DNA of 64,000 bases, taken from positions 186,001-250,000 of the forward strand of contig NIVC01000928.1 of assembly GCA_002269645.1 (NCBI GenBank), written 5' to 3'. Positions 28,591-41,533 of the stretch are shown here, piece by piece. Source of the DNA: Macrostomum lignano (lineage: Eukaryota). The notes beneath the pieces are model-generated. The model was given only the letters and a program-made list of their open reading frames with translations, ran no database searches and was not told where the DNA came from. Position numbers and translations under genes: made by a program. Each line of letters opens with the position of its first letter. The first letter of the stretch is position 1.

Positions 28591-31500
28591 ATCTTCTAAT
28601 GCCGCGTTTACATTCTCATAATTACCTGTACATACTTGTATCATGTATGCTTCAGTACTTATGGTCAGTCTTTAAACAAGAAGCGCTGCGGTCTTAAAAT
28701 TGGCAATTTTTTAAAGCAAAGTCTACTACCAGTACTATACTGACGGGGACAGATTAGGCCGCAGTTTTAAGCAACCCTACGTGTATTGGAATGGAATGCA
28801 ATTGAATAAAATGAAACAGGGCGTCGCCACTGGGGGAGGACAGGGGGGGGGGCATGTCCCCTTGTAAAAGCTATGGGGGACATGCCAATCGTCCCAAAAA
28901 CATGCAAAAAACATGCCAATGTTTTGCCCACCCCACCCCACCTTATGACCCGTTGTGGAAATCAATAATTTTTCTACAGGGTGCCAATATATAGCGCCTT
29001 CGGCGTCAAAATTTGTGCTTGATGCGCTGAAAGGAGTTAGTGCTGTACGAGTATTTTACATTATTTAACTATATTATTAAAATAATGTATTTAAATTTAC
29101 ATTATTTAAATGTAGAATAAGGTCAGCCTTCGGTAGCCGGTTTAGAGTGCAGCGCTGTATAACTTAGTGGTCCTTGGCTTGTCCGTATTTGTGAATGGAT
29201 GCTGCTTACAACTTCCTAATAAAATTGTAACATTTTTCATCAGCCAAAATTTATGCTTAACTCTGCTATATACAGCTGCAAGTAGAACTACAAGCGTGCG
29301 ATTGTTTATTTTCTATTTTAAAAAACAAACGATGCATGGAGAATTAATATTTTGAAAAAATGGCTCTGCATACAAATATTTATTACGACTATTAGGAAAT
29401 CAGAGTTTATCAGAAAATCATTCCTAAACGCCTTTTACATTTCTAATAAACAGATTGGTTGATAAACTATTTTTCTGACAAAAAGTATAGCATTAACAAT
29501 CAAGACACCAGTTATCAGTACAGTAGCTTGACTACAGAGACAGGAAAGGATTGATGGATGGAGGAAGTCTAAGCCTATAGGCCGGCATAGCAGTAATAGC
29601 AGCACAGCAGGCTTTACACAGCGCTCATCTGGAACTGGACACAAAGTTTTATTTGTTTGTTGAACGCGACGCGAGAGACCAAAGAGTGAGAGAGAGAGAG
29701 AAAGGAAGGAATAGAGAAGGAAAGCCAAGAGAGGACGTTGATGGTGAGGCTGTGGGTTTTAGCGGTCTGCCAACTAATTCAAGCCCAACCAACCTCCCGT
29801 TGTTTGTTTAGCTCGCCCGCCATGTGAGAGAGGCGGGGGCAGGGGTGCATGCAGGTTGGGGGCTGTTTGGTCCGTTTTCCGCGATCAATAATAAACGCCA
29901 AGGCCTAACACAACAGTCTAAAAACTAAATAAGCCCCGAAAACGCGCCCAGCCCAGCCAGCCAGCAGCCCCGCCACCCCAAAACCGCGCGCACAAACACA
30001 AAACTGGGGGCCCCGCAAATAAGGGAGTGAAAACTGAGGGCGGGGTAGGCTGAGAGGCGCTGAGGCAGGAAAGTTATTGATTACTCAGGCATTCAGCGCC
30101 TTCCACCCCCCCCCCCCCCCGAGGCCGTCGGACCCCCGTGGTGGCCTCCCTCTCTCCTCTGTCTCATTTTGTTTACCTTGTTGACTCACAACACAAACCC
30201 CGGCCAGGGTACGCACGCGCACAACATAAGCGCCGGAGCGGCCGGACTAATTTCTACCGCAAGTCCCCTCCCTTTCCATTCCACACAAATTCCAACTGTT
30301 ATTATTCAAGTTCATATGGAATTCATATAAGCTGCCCGCAACTAATATTGCAAATACTTATTATAGCAATATTATTTGCCTCGGCCCTGGAGCCTGTGGA
30401 GGCTGAGCTGAACGAGAATTAACAATATAATACTACTGCGGACTGACTGAAGCACTTTGTGTTTGTGTGCATGTGTATCTTGTGCTGTTTGCTTATGTTC
30501 CTAGTCCTACCTTTACATTCCCTTCCTTCCTTTTCTACATCTCCCATTCCCTGTATTATTAATACAGCCCATGCCAACAAACAGCCTAAACAAGCAACCA
30601 CTGTAGTACTGTACACAAGCAACCCCACCACCTTGCCTCCCTCTGCATAAAAACTGTCATTGTCTAGGGGGGGGGGGTCAGGACTTTTTTCATAAGCTAA
30701 AAAGCAACACTTCCTTTTCTTCTCTACTTCCTTCAGCTTTAGTTAGGCCTTGTCCCAAATTCACAATATCACCTATGCTGTGGATGTGGAGTAGCAACGT
30801 GTAAGGATTGTCCCGTCGTTGACCCGTTGTCTATTGTCATGTCAGCATAAGCCATAAGCCATAAAGCCGTAGGCAACATGTTGTATATGCGCAACTTAGC
30901 GTCACACTTTCTTGAATAAAGCGTTGTTGCTTCAGCAAAAAATAGGGTCTAAGTCAAAGAAGAAGACACTCAAGTCTCAACGCTTGTACTCAGTCCTACA
31001 GTTGTGACTCACTGTTCAGCCTTAGCAGTCAGTGTATCAATTGATTCAACATAGAGATCACTGCTCACGGCATTGACGGCAAATACACGAATTGGTGTCG
31101 GTGATTAAATACATCAAGCAAAGTGAAAGTCATTTCATCAAACTGTAAACTATCGCGAGATTCTCGATTCTCACGAGATTCAGTTGACCTTGACCCCCTG
31201 AATTCGCCTAACGATTGGCTTTGTCGCTTTAGTGACTCTCTTTTCAAGTGGGCGTTGTCCCCTCATGTGATGGTCGACTTGTCACTGTCAGTTGTCAACG
31301 TTGTGTTGGGGAGACAAACGCGTGCATGACATTAGCGCGCAGTCGCTACGGTCAGTGCTTTAAATCTACGGTCAGTGCTTTAGGCGCGAACTGGCACAAG
31401 TGCCGCTATGAGGAGTTAATGTTAATGTTAAGTTGTAGTTCCAAAGCTTCAAAGCTCGTCCCATTTCATCGTACGAGCGTACGTATGATATGATAAATAA

Positions 31501-32727
31501 TGATAGTGATAGTTGAAAGTTTTCACTGTCTAGTCTACTAATGTCTAGTGTCTGAAGTCTGAAAAAGTTTCTGAAGTTTAAAAAGGATGCATCTGAATCT
31601 GAAACAAAGAAAATTCGATCCATCATAATAGATCATTGGACTATTCAAAAGCATTGAAAAGAAGGAACAAACCAGAGAAGGGAAATCTCTCCGAAGCTCT
31701 ACTCCAATATATATTCTACACTACAATACACACAGTCAACACAGACCCAGGCAGTTGACGACCGCATACAAACACATTGGATTTGGAAAAAGGGGGACAG
31801 CTTTTAGAAGGCCTCCTCTCTTCTCCCTCGGGCCTGCTGCTGTGTGTGTGTTAGTTTAGTTTTGGGGACTAAACTAAAGCAAAGGCAAAACTGCCTTCAG
31901 CTTTGCCTGGCCTGCTTGGCGTTCTCTCCCCCCAACAGCCGCTGTTTGTGTTGTTTATTCAGCGCGTGAGGGGTGGGCGCGGGGTGGGGCGAGCGAAGGC
32001 TTGAGCGCGCGAGATAAGCATTTATCGGGCGGGGAGGCCCTCCCACAGTGTAAATACCAATCCATATGCTGTTTACCCAGTTATTTACCGTGGCCTCAGC
32101 CCCAACTGTTTACCCAGAAAACAGGCAACTGAACCAACCCAACCTCCGCTCTCTTCCGAGGCCCTCCACCCCCACCGCAATACACAAGGCCTCCAAAAAG
32201 CGTTTTCGCGTCCACCCCCACCCCCTGCTTCTCCCCTTGCAGCCAAACACTGCAGCGCTCCAATCTTGATCTCTCCCCAAACCACCAACAACCCCTGGCT
32301 GCTTGCGCTCTCTGCCTCCCCTATTGGCGAGTCCTGTGTGGACGAAACAACACACACAACCCCTCCAACACACAACATATACAAACACTAAACTGAGAGC
32401 GCATTTAAAATATTCCGTTGATCAATTAAAAGCAGCAAGAGAGAAAAGGGGGAAGACACAAGAGGACGTCCGGAGGAGGCAGGTTACAACGATCAGCTAG
32501 GAGAAGGCTTTCCCGATACACGTACTTCTCAAGCTATTGCTTCTCCAAGCTAAGCGGCTGAGGTGAAATCCCCTTTATCAGAGGTTGCTCTTTAACTGTC
32601 GATCAAAAGGCAGCAAGCATTTTATTCATTGCTGCAGGTGCTGCTTACCGTCAAACAATTTTTATTAGGCTAGAGAAATTGGATAGCTCAGGCTTTGAAA
32701 ATTGTCAAAGCATCCAACGGGATCCAA

Positions 32728-33146
32728 ATGCAACTGGTCATGGACCTCAGTCAGCCTCATCACCAGCAGCAGCAGCAGCACTCTGTGAGCCTGTCAAACA
32801 AGTCGCCGACCTCGAGTTCGGCTAGTCCAGATTGCGCTCAGGTAAAAAGAAAAGTTCTCTAAACATAATTACGTTCCTAGGTGGCCGCGTCACGCCAGTC
32901 TATTAATAGCTTGCGGCGTACCGCCCACCTAAAGTTTGAACCCTAGAATGCAAACCTACTCAGTGCGAGCTAGACTCTCTGCGAGCGAAATGGTAGATAA
33001 TCACAAGCAAAATGTGAAGAATCGAAATCTCTAAACTTTTATATTTCAGGTACCAAAGCAACAGCAGCAGCAGCAACAGCAACAGCAGCAGCTGCAGGCT
33101 GCAGCAAATCAGCAGGAACTGCAGCGACATGTAATTCAGCTTTGGC

Positions 33147-33177
<31 letters not shown>

Positions 33178-36100
33178 GCCTCAGCCCCAGCATTTAGGCC
33201 TGACGGAGCTGCCGACTGACCTGTCCTCCGCTGCTGCCACTGCGCTGCTACTAAGCCAGGGTGGCTGGGGCTGCCTGTACGACCCCGAGGCTCTATGGAA
33301 GCTGCGCAGCTTGCAGATGATGCAGGCGAATGCAGCCAGTTTGCAGGAATCGGCTGCGGCCGCACTTCAGGAGGCCTCCGGACTGGTGCGAAACGCCTGC
33401 CCGGCTGATTCGCTGACCACCGGTGGCACCGGGCAGTGTCGCTGGCCCTGCTGTGCCTACAGGAGTGTCTCCCAGGTAATTAGTTATGCAGGCAGTTCAC
33501 TGGGCAAAAGACGTTCGGATTAGGGATTGGATTTGAATTTGCTGACTTCTATTGCTAAAATCCTGAGCCTTTTTGCTGCCTTCTGCCAGTCGGACCTCGC
33601 CTTGCACATGTCCCGCGAGCACCCGCTTGACAGCGCAGCGGTGGGTCAACTGCGCGCCCAGTCAGCCTGCGTGCGCGCCCTCGAAGCTGCACTCGGGGAC
33701 GAACGATCGCGGCTGGCTGCTATGACGAAGCATGTCCGAGAAGCCGCCGCCACCGCTGCCACCACCGCCGCCGCAGCTGCAAGCGTCGCCTGTCAGCAGC
33801 CGACAACAACAACAACGCGAGACCAAAGTTTGCATCACAACAACCATCAGCAGCAGCAGCAACAGCAAATCTATTTTAACTCTGCTCTGCTTGCGGCTGC
33901 TTCCTCTCCGATGGGTGGCCTGGTTCAGAATGGCGCCTCAGCGGCTGCGGCTGCGGCTGCAGCGGCGGCGGTTGCAGCGGCGGCTGCGTCTGTCTCCGTC
34001 ACATCTTCCGCAGCGCCATCCTCTGCCATCTCGGCGATGGCCTCCGGGGCAGCTACAGCGACTCCAACGACAGGGATGTCTTCGAATGCAGCAGCTGCTG
34101 CTGCGGCGTCGAGGCGGGGCCGACTGCCGGACAAAGCCGGTCTGCCGCTAGGAGGAGGTTGGAAAGCTGAAATTCTGTTAAACTGAAAAATGTCATTTCA
34201 AAATTGAAACACTTCAAACACCAGACTCTAATTTTCAAAACTTCAGACTTTCACAAGAATCGTGATTTCTACAACAAAAACGACATCCGACCGCCGTTTA
34301 CATACGCATCATTGATTCGGCAGGTAAGCTGATGGTCTATCTTGCAAGCGATGGCGATAATCTTTTTTATAGTTTTTATTTACGAGCCCAATGCAAGAAT
34401 TTCTGCACATTTTGACACTGCCGCAGGCAATAATCGAATCGCCCAATCGACAACTCACGCTGAACGAGATCTACATTTGGTTTCAGCGCAGTTTCGCGTT
34501 CTTCCGACGAAACGAGGCCACTTGGAAGGTGAGAATTTTCTGTAGCGCTGTACATTCGTGTTTTTGTACAGCAACCGAAACATTCGATTGCTTGCCCCGT
34601 ACAAAGTCATAGTCTTTGTTCTTGGGCAAAGCTAAAATTACGAGTAGAAAAACATCATCTTCGAATGGATTCCCAAGTAAAGTAAATTCTGGTTTGAATT
34701 TGAATAATCTATTGGATTTCAATTTCTTAAGGCCTATGACTCAGTTTTTGTGTTGTAAAATAAGTAAATTGTCCTGCCGAAACTTTCATATCAAGCGCTG
34801 CAGTTATAGCAGCACAATATCAACCTTGGTTGATTGCATTGCATTGCTGCTTTCTGCCTCAAGTGGGTCAGCCGTCTGGACTGACGGGGTTCTTCCTTGT
34901 CCTTCCGTCCATGGCTGCCCCCTCCCCTCTCCTTCTGTCTTTCGTATTCCTTATGTTCCGCCTGCTAAGAAACAAGGGGCTTTCGGGTCGGTCATAACTG
35001 AATTTTGCAACTTTTCCCTTTCTTCTTTATTTTTCTCTTTCTTTCTTCTGCAGACCCCCCCCCCGCGCATGCGATTGCAGCAATGTGCGCGCCTGCGTGT
35101 GTTCCACTTCCAACTAACAAGACTGAACTGAATGCACCGTCCTCCGCTCTCTGCTCCCATTCCTATTCCCGCATGCGCTTGTTTGGGCACGACAAACAAA
35201 CAGGGGGCCTCGGGGCTCAGTTTAGCCAAGGGAAGGAAACACACGTCGGGGAGAAGGGATAGGAAAAGGGCTGCAGCGGCAGCAAAGAGGGCTGCATCCC
35301 CTCCCCGTGTTGGTTGTTTACTCTGCCAGCGCGCGGCCTGGTGGAGTGCGGGATGACGGCTTTGTTGATTCTCCAGACATTCAAACCCTTGCGCACAGGG
35401 GAACGCTGGGTTCCGGTTTTGCAAAGGAGGAACAAGGAGAGCTTTCGTGTGGGGGGAGTAAGCGAGGGGAAGGCGGGCAGTCGAGAGGCGGAGTTCAGTG
35501 CTTCAAGCTAAAGCTTGATCGTGGAACTAAAGTGTTTCAGCAAGCCCAAGCCAAACGGGATAAACTCTCATTTAATCAATTCGATGCTGTATCAATTCGT
35601 AGATCCAGTTTGACAGTTGACAGAAGAATTTGTTTGATTGAACATGCAACGAAACTGGCTCTGGCCTGTGATAGCCCAAGTTGGTGTTTGTTTTCTTTGT
35701 GCGTCAGCGAGTGGCGCTGGCGTTGCATGATTGGATCGATCTGGTCGGTAAATGTTGTGTATATTTATCTTAACCATTCCGTATGCAAACCCAACCTGGA
35801 GGCGAGGTAAATAGAGAGTGAAGCCATGGTCGTTTGCTGTCAGTTTATGCTAAAATTCTGGGCAAGCAAACAATTTGCGAATGCTATTTTTAGAGGGAGA
35901 GGTTGAAATTTTCCTGTGTCGTAAATTTTTACAGAGAACCATTAAGATAGAGAGAAAGAAACAAAGATTAGACTGACTACAAAGACTAGGCGGAGGAAGG
36001 ACAGGGGGGAGCCGCGCGGGATTGCCGGCAGTCGAGGGCGATACTTCCTCGAAATGGGGTTGGGGAGCCACAGGCAGGGGACCAGTAAAAGAGCCTTCCC

Positions 36101-37826
36101 AGAAAAGATGGACCCAGACTGTGAAGTCAAACGAATCCCACCACAAACGCTTCTCAACAGAATGCGGTCAGGCACAACCTATCTCTGCACAAATGCTTTA
36201 TGCGAGTCGAAAACGTCAAAGGCGCCGTCTGGACGGTGGACGAAGCGGAGTTCTACAGGCGCCGGCTGCAGCGAGGAGCCAGCGGTGGTAGCGTCGGAGT
36301 CGGAAGCACTTTGTGAGTCAGCCGTGGTGCAAGGCCAAGCCAATCAGCTTAATATTCATTCCAATACATGAGGTTAACATTTTTAAGCTTCTGTAATAGA
36401 ATGAGGTTATTGTGAACCCTAAGCCCGCCCTGAGTAGGCTACTGCTTTGAGCTGTTTGCGAGTATATATTATTTATGTACTTTGTACTTTAGGTTACAGT
36501 CGGTTTTTCAGTGTGTCTATTACACTACTTTACCCTACTCCTCAGCTTGGCAACTAAGCTGAAGTAAAAGAAACACGAACAGCTAAAAAGCCAGCCGACA
36601 CACAGACACAAACGCACTGGGCCAAGCTAAGTAGGTAAACTAAGTAAGGCACTGTGCTGTACACATTTGCAGCAGCAAAGTATGCGCTTGTACTGCGATA
36701 TAAGGGCCAAGGGAGGCGTGTTGTTGACTGGGAAAACACAAACACGGGGGCGGCGGGAAGGGGATGAGAGGAGCAAAAAGGAGTGGGGATATAGAGAGCG
36801 AGCCACGGGATGGGGACAGAGGAGCAAGATGGGAGACGGCGGGGGAGTTGAAACCCAGGCCAGAAAACAAGGTAAAGAAATGTCGCTTTGGGGCGTGTAA
36901 AGTACAACTGGGCTGGGTCGCAAACAACACGGCCACCCCTCCTTACCCCCTTAGTCGAAAAACAACTCCCCAACATCTATCCAATTCCTCCTTGACCGCA
37001 GGGCGTCCGTGAAGGCGGAGCTGGCAGGATTTGGATCGCCTGGGAGCGCCGATGCTACTGATGTAAGCAACTTGACCCTAAAAATAAACAGCAACATTCT
37101 ACTTTTTCTACTGTTAGTAGCTCTGCCTACACAATTATTCTGGCTAATGAAGCCCAAACCTATTTATGCTTCTATATGCAATATAAAAATATCGTTCGCA
37201 GGACGGCAGCGTTCTTGGCAAAGAGGAGCTGGCGATGCAGTACAAAGAAGACGAGCTTCGGTAAGTGCGGCGGATTCTTGGCTGTTTTGGGTTGAATTGG
37301 AAGACAATTGCATGGCATTGTTATTGCAGGTGTAAGTTTGGTGGTCAACCATTGAAATTAGGTCAATGGAACTTTTTCAATGCGGCCAAAGTGGGGGTCA
37401 ATGCGGCCGAAATGGGGGTCAATGCATCCAAAACAAAGTTATATTACTAAAACGGATTGCGACAGGGGCCTCGCCCCCAGCCAGTAGTAGTAACACTAAA
37501 ATGGGCGGCAACTCATGAACCTCATCTTCAGAGACGACTCCGATCTGCTGCCAGCTAGCACAGCCGACTGGGGCATTCCAGCTGGAGCTGCGAAGCGCCT
37601 TCGACTCACCGATCTCGAGCCAGACGAGGCCGCGGAGCAATCGAACCACTCGATTGGCAGCAGTGGCCACGATTGCGGAGCTCTCCGACTGGTGTCGGCT
37701 GCCGCTGACGCCACCGATGATGCCGACGGCTTCGCAGACGGAGCCGTTGGCGAGGCCTCTATGGCCGATGAGGATGGCCACTACACTGGCGCTGAGAATG
37801 GAGTCGACGAGGAGACCGTCTTGTGA
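32728..37826 (+). CDS. foxP: FoxP transcription factor; exons 32728-32841, 33050-33475, 33590-34157, 34247-34323, 34427-34528, 36161-36312, 37002-37062, 37202-37260, 37532-37826
   Basis: Poly-Q, C2H2 finger CRWPCC..HMSREH, leucine zipper ([26 protein letters not shown]) and forkhead [43 protein letters not shown]. All splice phases match. Further 5' exons are possible. Confidence 0.95.
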
Positions 37827-37989
37827 AATGATTTTTTGGGAAACGGCAGTTTCACTTGAGGCTTGAAATCAACCTCGTCATTCGAATATGGACTAGAAAC
37901 CCTCCCTGACTCTTGCGATTAACCTGTCAAACAGATTGGTTCTCAGTTTTCATTTTCTCGATCTCTTTTGCCAGCCCCCCCCCCACATC

Positions 37990-38500
37990 TTTGGCTGCTG
38001 TGCCAGCCTCCCAGATCCTCAGTTGCTGGGCCAGCCTACCAGATCCTCAGTTAATTTTCCAGCCTCTCAGATCCTCAGTTGATTTTCGAGCCTCCCAGAT
38101 CCTCAGTTGCTGGGCCAGCCTCCCAGATCCTCAGTTGCTGAGCCAGCCACCCAGATCCTCAGTTGCTGGGCCAGCCTCCCAGATCCTCAGTTTCTGGGCC
38201 AGCCTCCCAGATCCTCAGTTGCTGGGCCACCTCAGATACTCAGTTTCTGGGCCAGCCTCCCAGATCCTCAGTTGCTGGGCCAGCCTCCCAGATCCTCAGG
38301 TGCTGGGCCAGCCTCCCAGATCCCCAGTTGCTGGGCTAGCCTCCCAGATCCCCAGTTGCTGGGCCACTAAACTCCCAGATCCTCAGTTTCTGGGCCAGCC
38401 TTCCAGATCCTCAGTAGCTGGGCCAGCCTCCCAGATCCTCAGTAGCTGGGCCAGCCTCCCAGATCCTCAGTTGCTGGGCCAGCCTTCCAGATCCTCAGAT
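37990..38500. repeat. 28-bp minisatellite (CCTCCCAGATCCTCAGTTGCTGGGCCAG)n
   Basis: Direct reading. Confidence 0.94.
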
Positions 38501-39769
38501 TTATCTTTCACACTCGCAGACATTCACCCGAGAGTTGCTTTAGCAAATCATCCAATGAGAATGCTGAAACGCATAAAAAATTTCTAGTGTCTGACCCCAC
38601 AGCTTCTCTCCTCAACCGTCAACTGTCAGTTTTGATGTTAATCATTCCTAAATCCTGCTCGATATTATATTAATTATCCCTGGGCCTGCCATGATTTGAC
38701 TTGTAATTTTTTGCGCTGTTGCAGTCCCAGGCCAGATTGAAAATCCCTAGCAACAGAATTTCTTGACAGAATACTCGTAAGTCACCTGCATTCTGCACTG
38801 GCCTGTTTTGCGTTGCTTTATTGTTGCCAGCAGTTCTTTAATTTGAATCTTGCAATGCGGCAGTAATCTCTATCCCACCTGATGCATATTTGTCTCAAAT
38901 GACCGATTGATTTGCTTGACTTGCTACTGCAATCAAGTAGCAAGATTGGAATGTCTTCTGCTTTTTTCATGCCTTTATTGCTGTCTCTCTAAGTCTTGCA
39001 TCCACGAAGACAAATTATGAATTCTACGTTCCTTACAGACTACTGACAGTACAGTTCGTGTTATAAAATCTAATCTGTTCTTGAACTATTAATAAATTTC
39101 TACATTTTGCGGTTCTTCCTGTCTAGTTTTGCTGTTGTTTAAATAGTTTTTCAGTATGACCACCTTGAACATGTCTGGCTGGCTGAAAACTCACGCTATA
39201 GCACTAAGCGTTAGTAAAATTACCTTGATGCTTCAATTCTTAAGGATTAATAATACGCGTTTTATTACACAATGCAATCTATTGAATATCTGAAATCTGT
39301 CTAATTTAAGCTTACATAAACCTGTACAGCACTATACGGCCTCAGCGCCCATCCAATGGCAAAGCTCAATCAATCAAAGTTTGTTGCCTTTACATGCATT
39401 TCGTATCAATTTTTCTATTATTAAAAGGCGTCTTCCTACAGTACATGTAAAAGTTCTTCGAGATACTAAAACGAGAGTGGTGTAAAGGTATTGTTAAAAC
39501 GAATAGAATGAGGCTAAAAAGTTGCAAAAGAAACCGGTTAGTTTACTTCGTGTAATTCGGGGCTAAACCATAATTTTAATTGGTTTACTCATACATCATA
39601 AATAAACCATAAACTACTTTTAAAGCTGGATCTTTTTGCAACTGAGAGATCGGGATTGTAACAGAGCGTAAAAACATTACCGATAGCATAGTTAAATTCC
39701 TTTGATAAATAATTAATAAAAATTGATTACACCTGCCCTTAATTGGGCCAAGTGTGCAACCGACAGCTC

Positions 39770-39995
39770 AGCTTGTACGGTTGTTCAGTCCATGGACTCA
39801 ATTACACCCTCAATTACCCCAGCTAATGCTGGTACATGTACGAGTACATACCAATTTTACAGATGGGTGAACTGAAGCAATGCAGAGTTAACTGTCTTGC
39901 TTATAAAGGACACAAATTGTTCTATAGTGTTTTTGGGAATCGAACCCCCGATCTTCAAGCTAGTCCGTGAGGCCGACGTTAGAGTCCTAAGAAAT
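39770..39995 (-). mobile_element. tRNA-derived SINE, copy 2
   Basis: Reverse complement shares GGGGGTTCGATTC, TTTGTGTCCT..AGCAAGACA and GCATTGCTTCAGTTCACCCA..GTAAAAT with 12270-12460. Confidence 0.8.
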
Positions 39996-40385
39996 TTCTC
40001 CAGATATCCTCAGCCATTAGGTACCACTGAATGCCGCCGAGAAGTTCATGGTATTCGCAATTCGGATGGGTGCCAAAACACATACATGCAGCATACAGAA
40101 TGCTTCTTTGTAAGCATTGGCAGTTTCCCGGATTTATGTGGTTGTCAGAATCTCGAGTCGTAAATTGCTGCTCATTAGTTTTTTAGAAATCAGCGAGTCG
40201 CGGAGCCAGACTGTACTAGAGAAGCCTCAGCCGGTAGTTGTGAGACCCGTAACCTACGGAGAAGCTGAAGTACTTTAGCACCGCTCTCCGCGTCATTCTA
40301 AAGCCTCATCAGAATTTTCAGCTTGCGGCTTTCAGACGATGTCATTTCGTGCAGTTTGTTTAAGCCTAAAAGCAAACGACGAAGC

Positions 40386-40826
40386 TCAGACTTTTAGAGT
40401 TTTAGATGTTTTCAGTGGTACTATAGTGGTACTTTTTTTATAAAAGAAAAAGTAGAAGAACAGGTAGAAGCTGGCGTTGAACGCCTGCACCAGCTGCACA
40501 ACGGAGTAGATGATGGCAGCGGCTGAGCACTCGAATTCAAATTTACTCAAATAAGGTTTCGTACGCTCATAGTCGAAGACGCTCTCGCGGCTGGACCCGC
40601 CTGAGTGCTGCTCAGTCGAAGATGATTCCAACCTCTGAGCCGCAGCAATAAGCAGGAACACGACCACTCCGAAGAAATTTCACATTCTCACTCAACGCAA
40701 CGATTGACCGAATGGACAGACGGCTTATAATTTGAAAGTTTCTTTGTAGTAAAATCTGCTTGCCTTCAGCAAATATTTCACAGACCTTGAAAGAAGTAAA
40801 CAACACAATAATTTAAGTTTTTAATC
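40386..40826 (-). pseudogene. Possible degenerate GPCR TM6-TM7 fragment
   Basis: FGVVVFLLIAAA and SVVQLVQAFNASFYLFFYFFFYKK loosely resemble TM6/TM7 of peptide GPCRs, and a frameshift is needed. Weak. Confidence 0.22.
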
Positions 40827-41533
40827 CGAAGCAGTTGAGAACTATCATTTTGTGTCACTTTGCATCTATTTTTATTTCATTCATCATAGAGGAACTTGGG
40901 TGTGAATTTGTGTCATGTACGCTCCCTATAAGGTGACGCTGGATTGTGACTGAGTCGTTTTGATTTGAGCAGAATGAGCAGTTGGATTGTAATTGTGTTC
41001 GGTTTAAGCGCTTTTCTAGTTACAAACGGTTTCATATGAAGTGATATAAAGGAGGAATTTCTGTTTTATTTGCAACTTTCACATAGCAAAGCAATTTAAA
41101 GCCTTGTGTTTCCCCATGCAGGTATTGTTAATTTTATTCATGCACGGTTTGCCTGAAGAAATGATACCTGGTTACTCAGTCAATCTTATGCCAAGTCCAC
41201 CAACTGACTGTTTGATAACTTATCAGTAGCTGACCAAAATTTTCTTCTATAGACTGAAAGACGCTTTCTTCTGTAGGCCTAGAAAATCTCTGAGACGGCT
41301 TGATTTATCTTATCGCAGAACAGACTCCCTACTTTCTTGGCTATGAAGATTTTGACTCGACCAGTCTTTCGAGAAGGCGACAGTGCAAAGTCCTTCTCAC
41401 AAGCATAAACTTGACTGTAACTGACTTAACCAGACACCCCGATAGTATAATAGGTGGTGCCAGGGGCTCAATTTGTTGACGCAGAAATTTGAGTTCCATT
41501 TTGTTCTTGCTACTAGAGGACGCAGTTGGCAGA

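Noticed and set aside
34529-37001. Mutually exclusive alternative forkhead exon as in Drosophila FoxP or vertebrate FOXP1
   Set aside because: I found no second [17 protein letters not shown] exon by eye in either flanking intron. A TBLASTN with the fly alternative exon would settle it.
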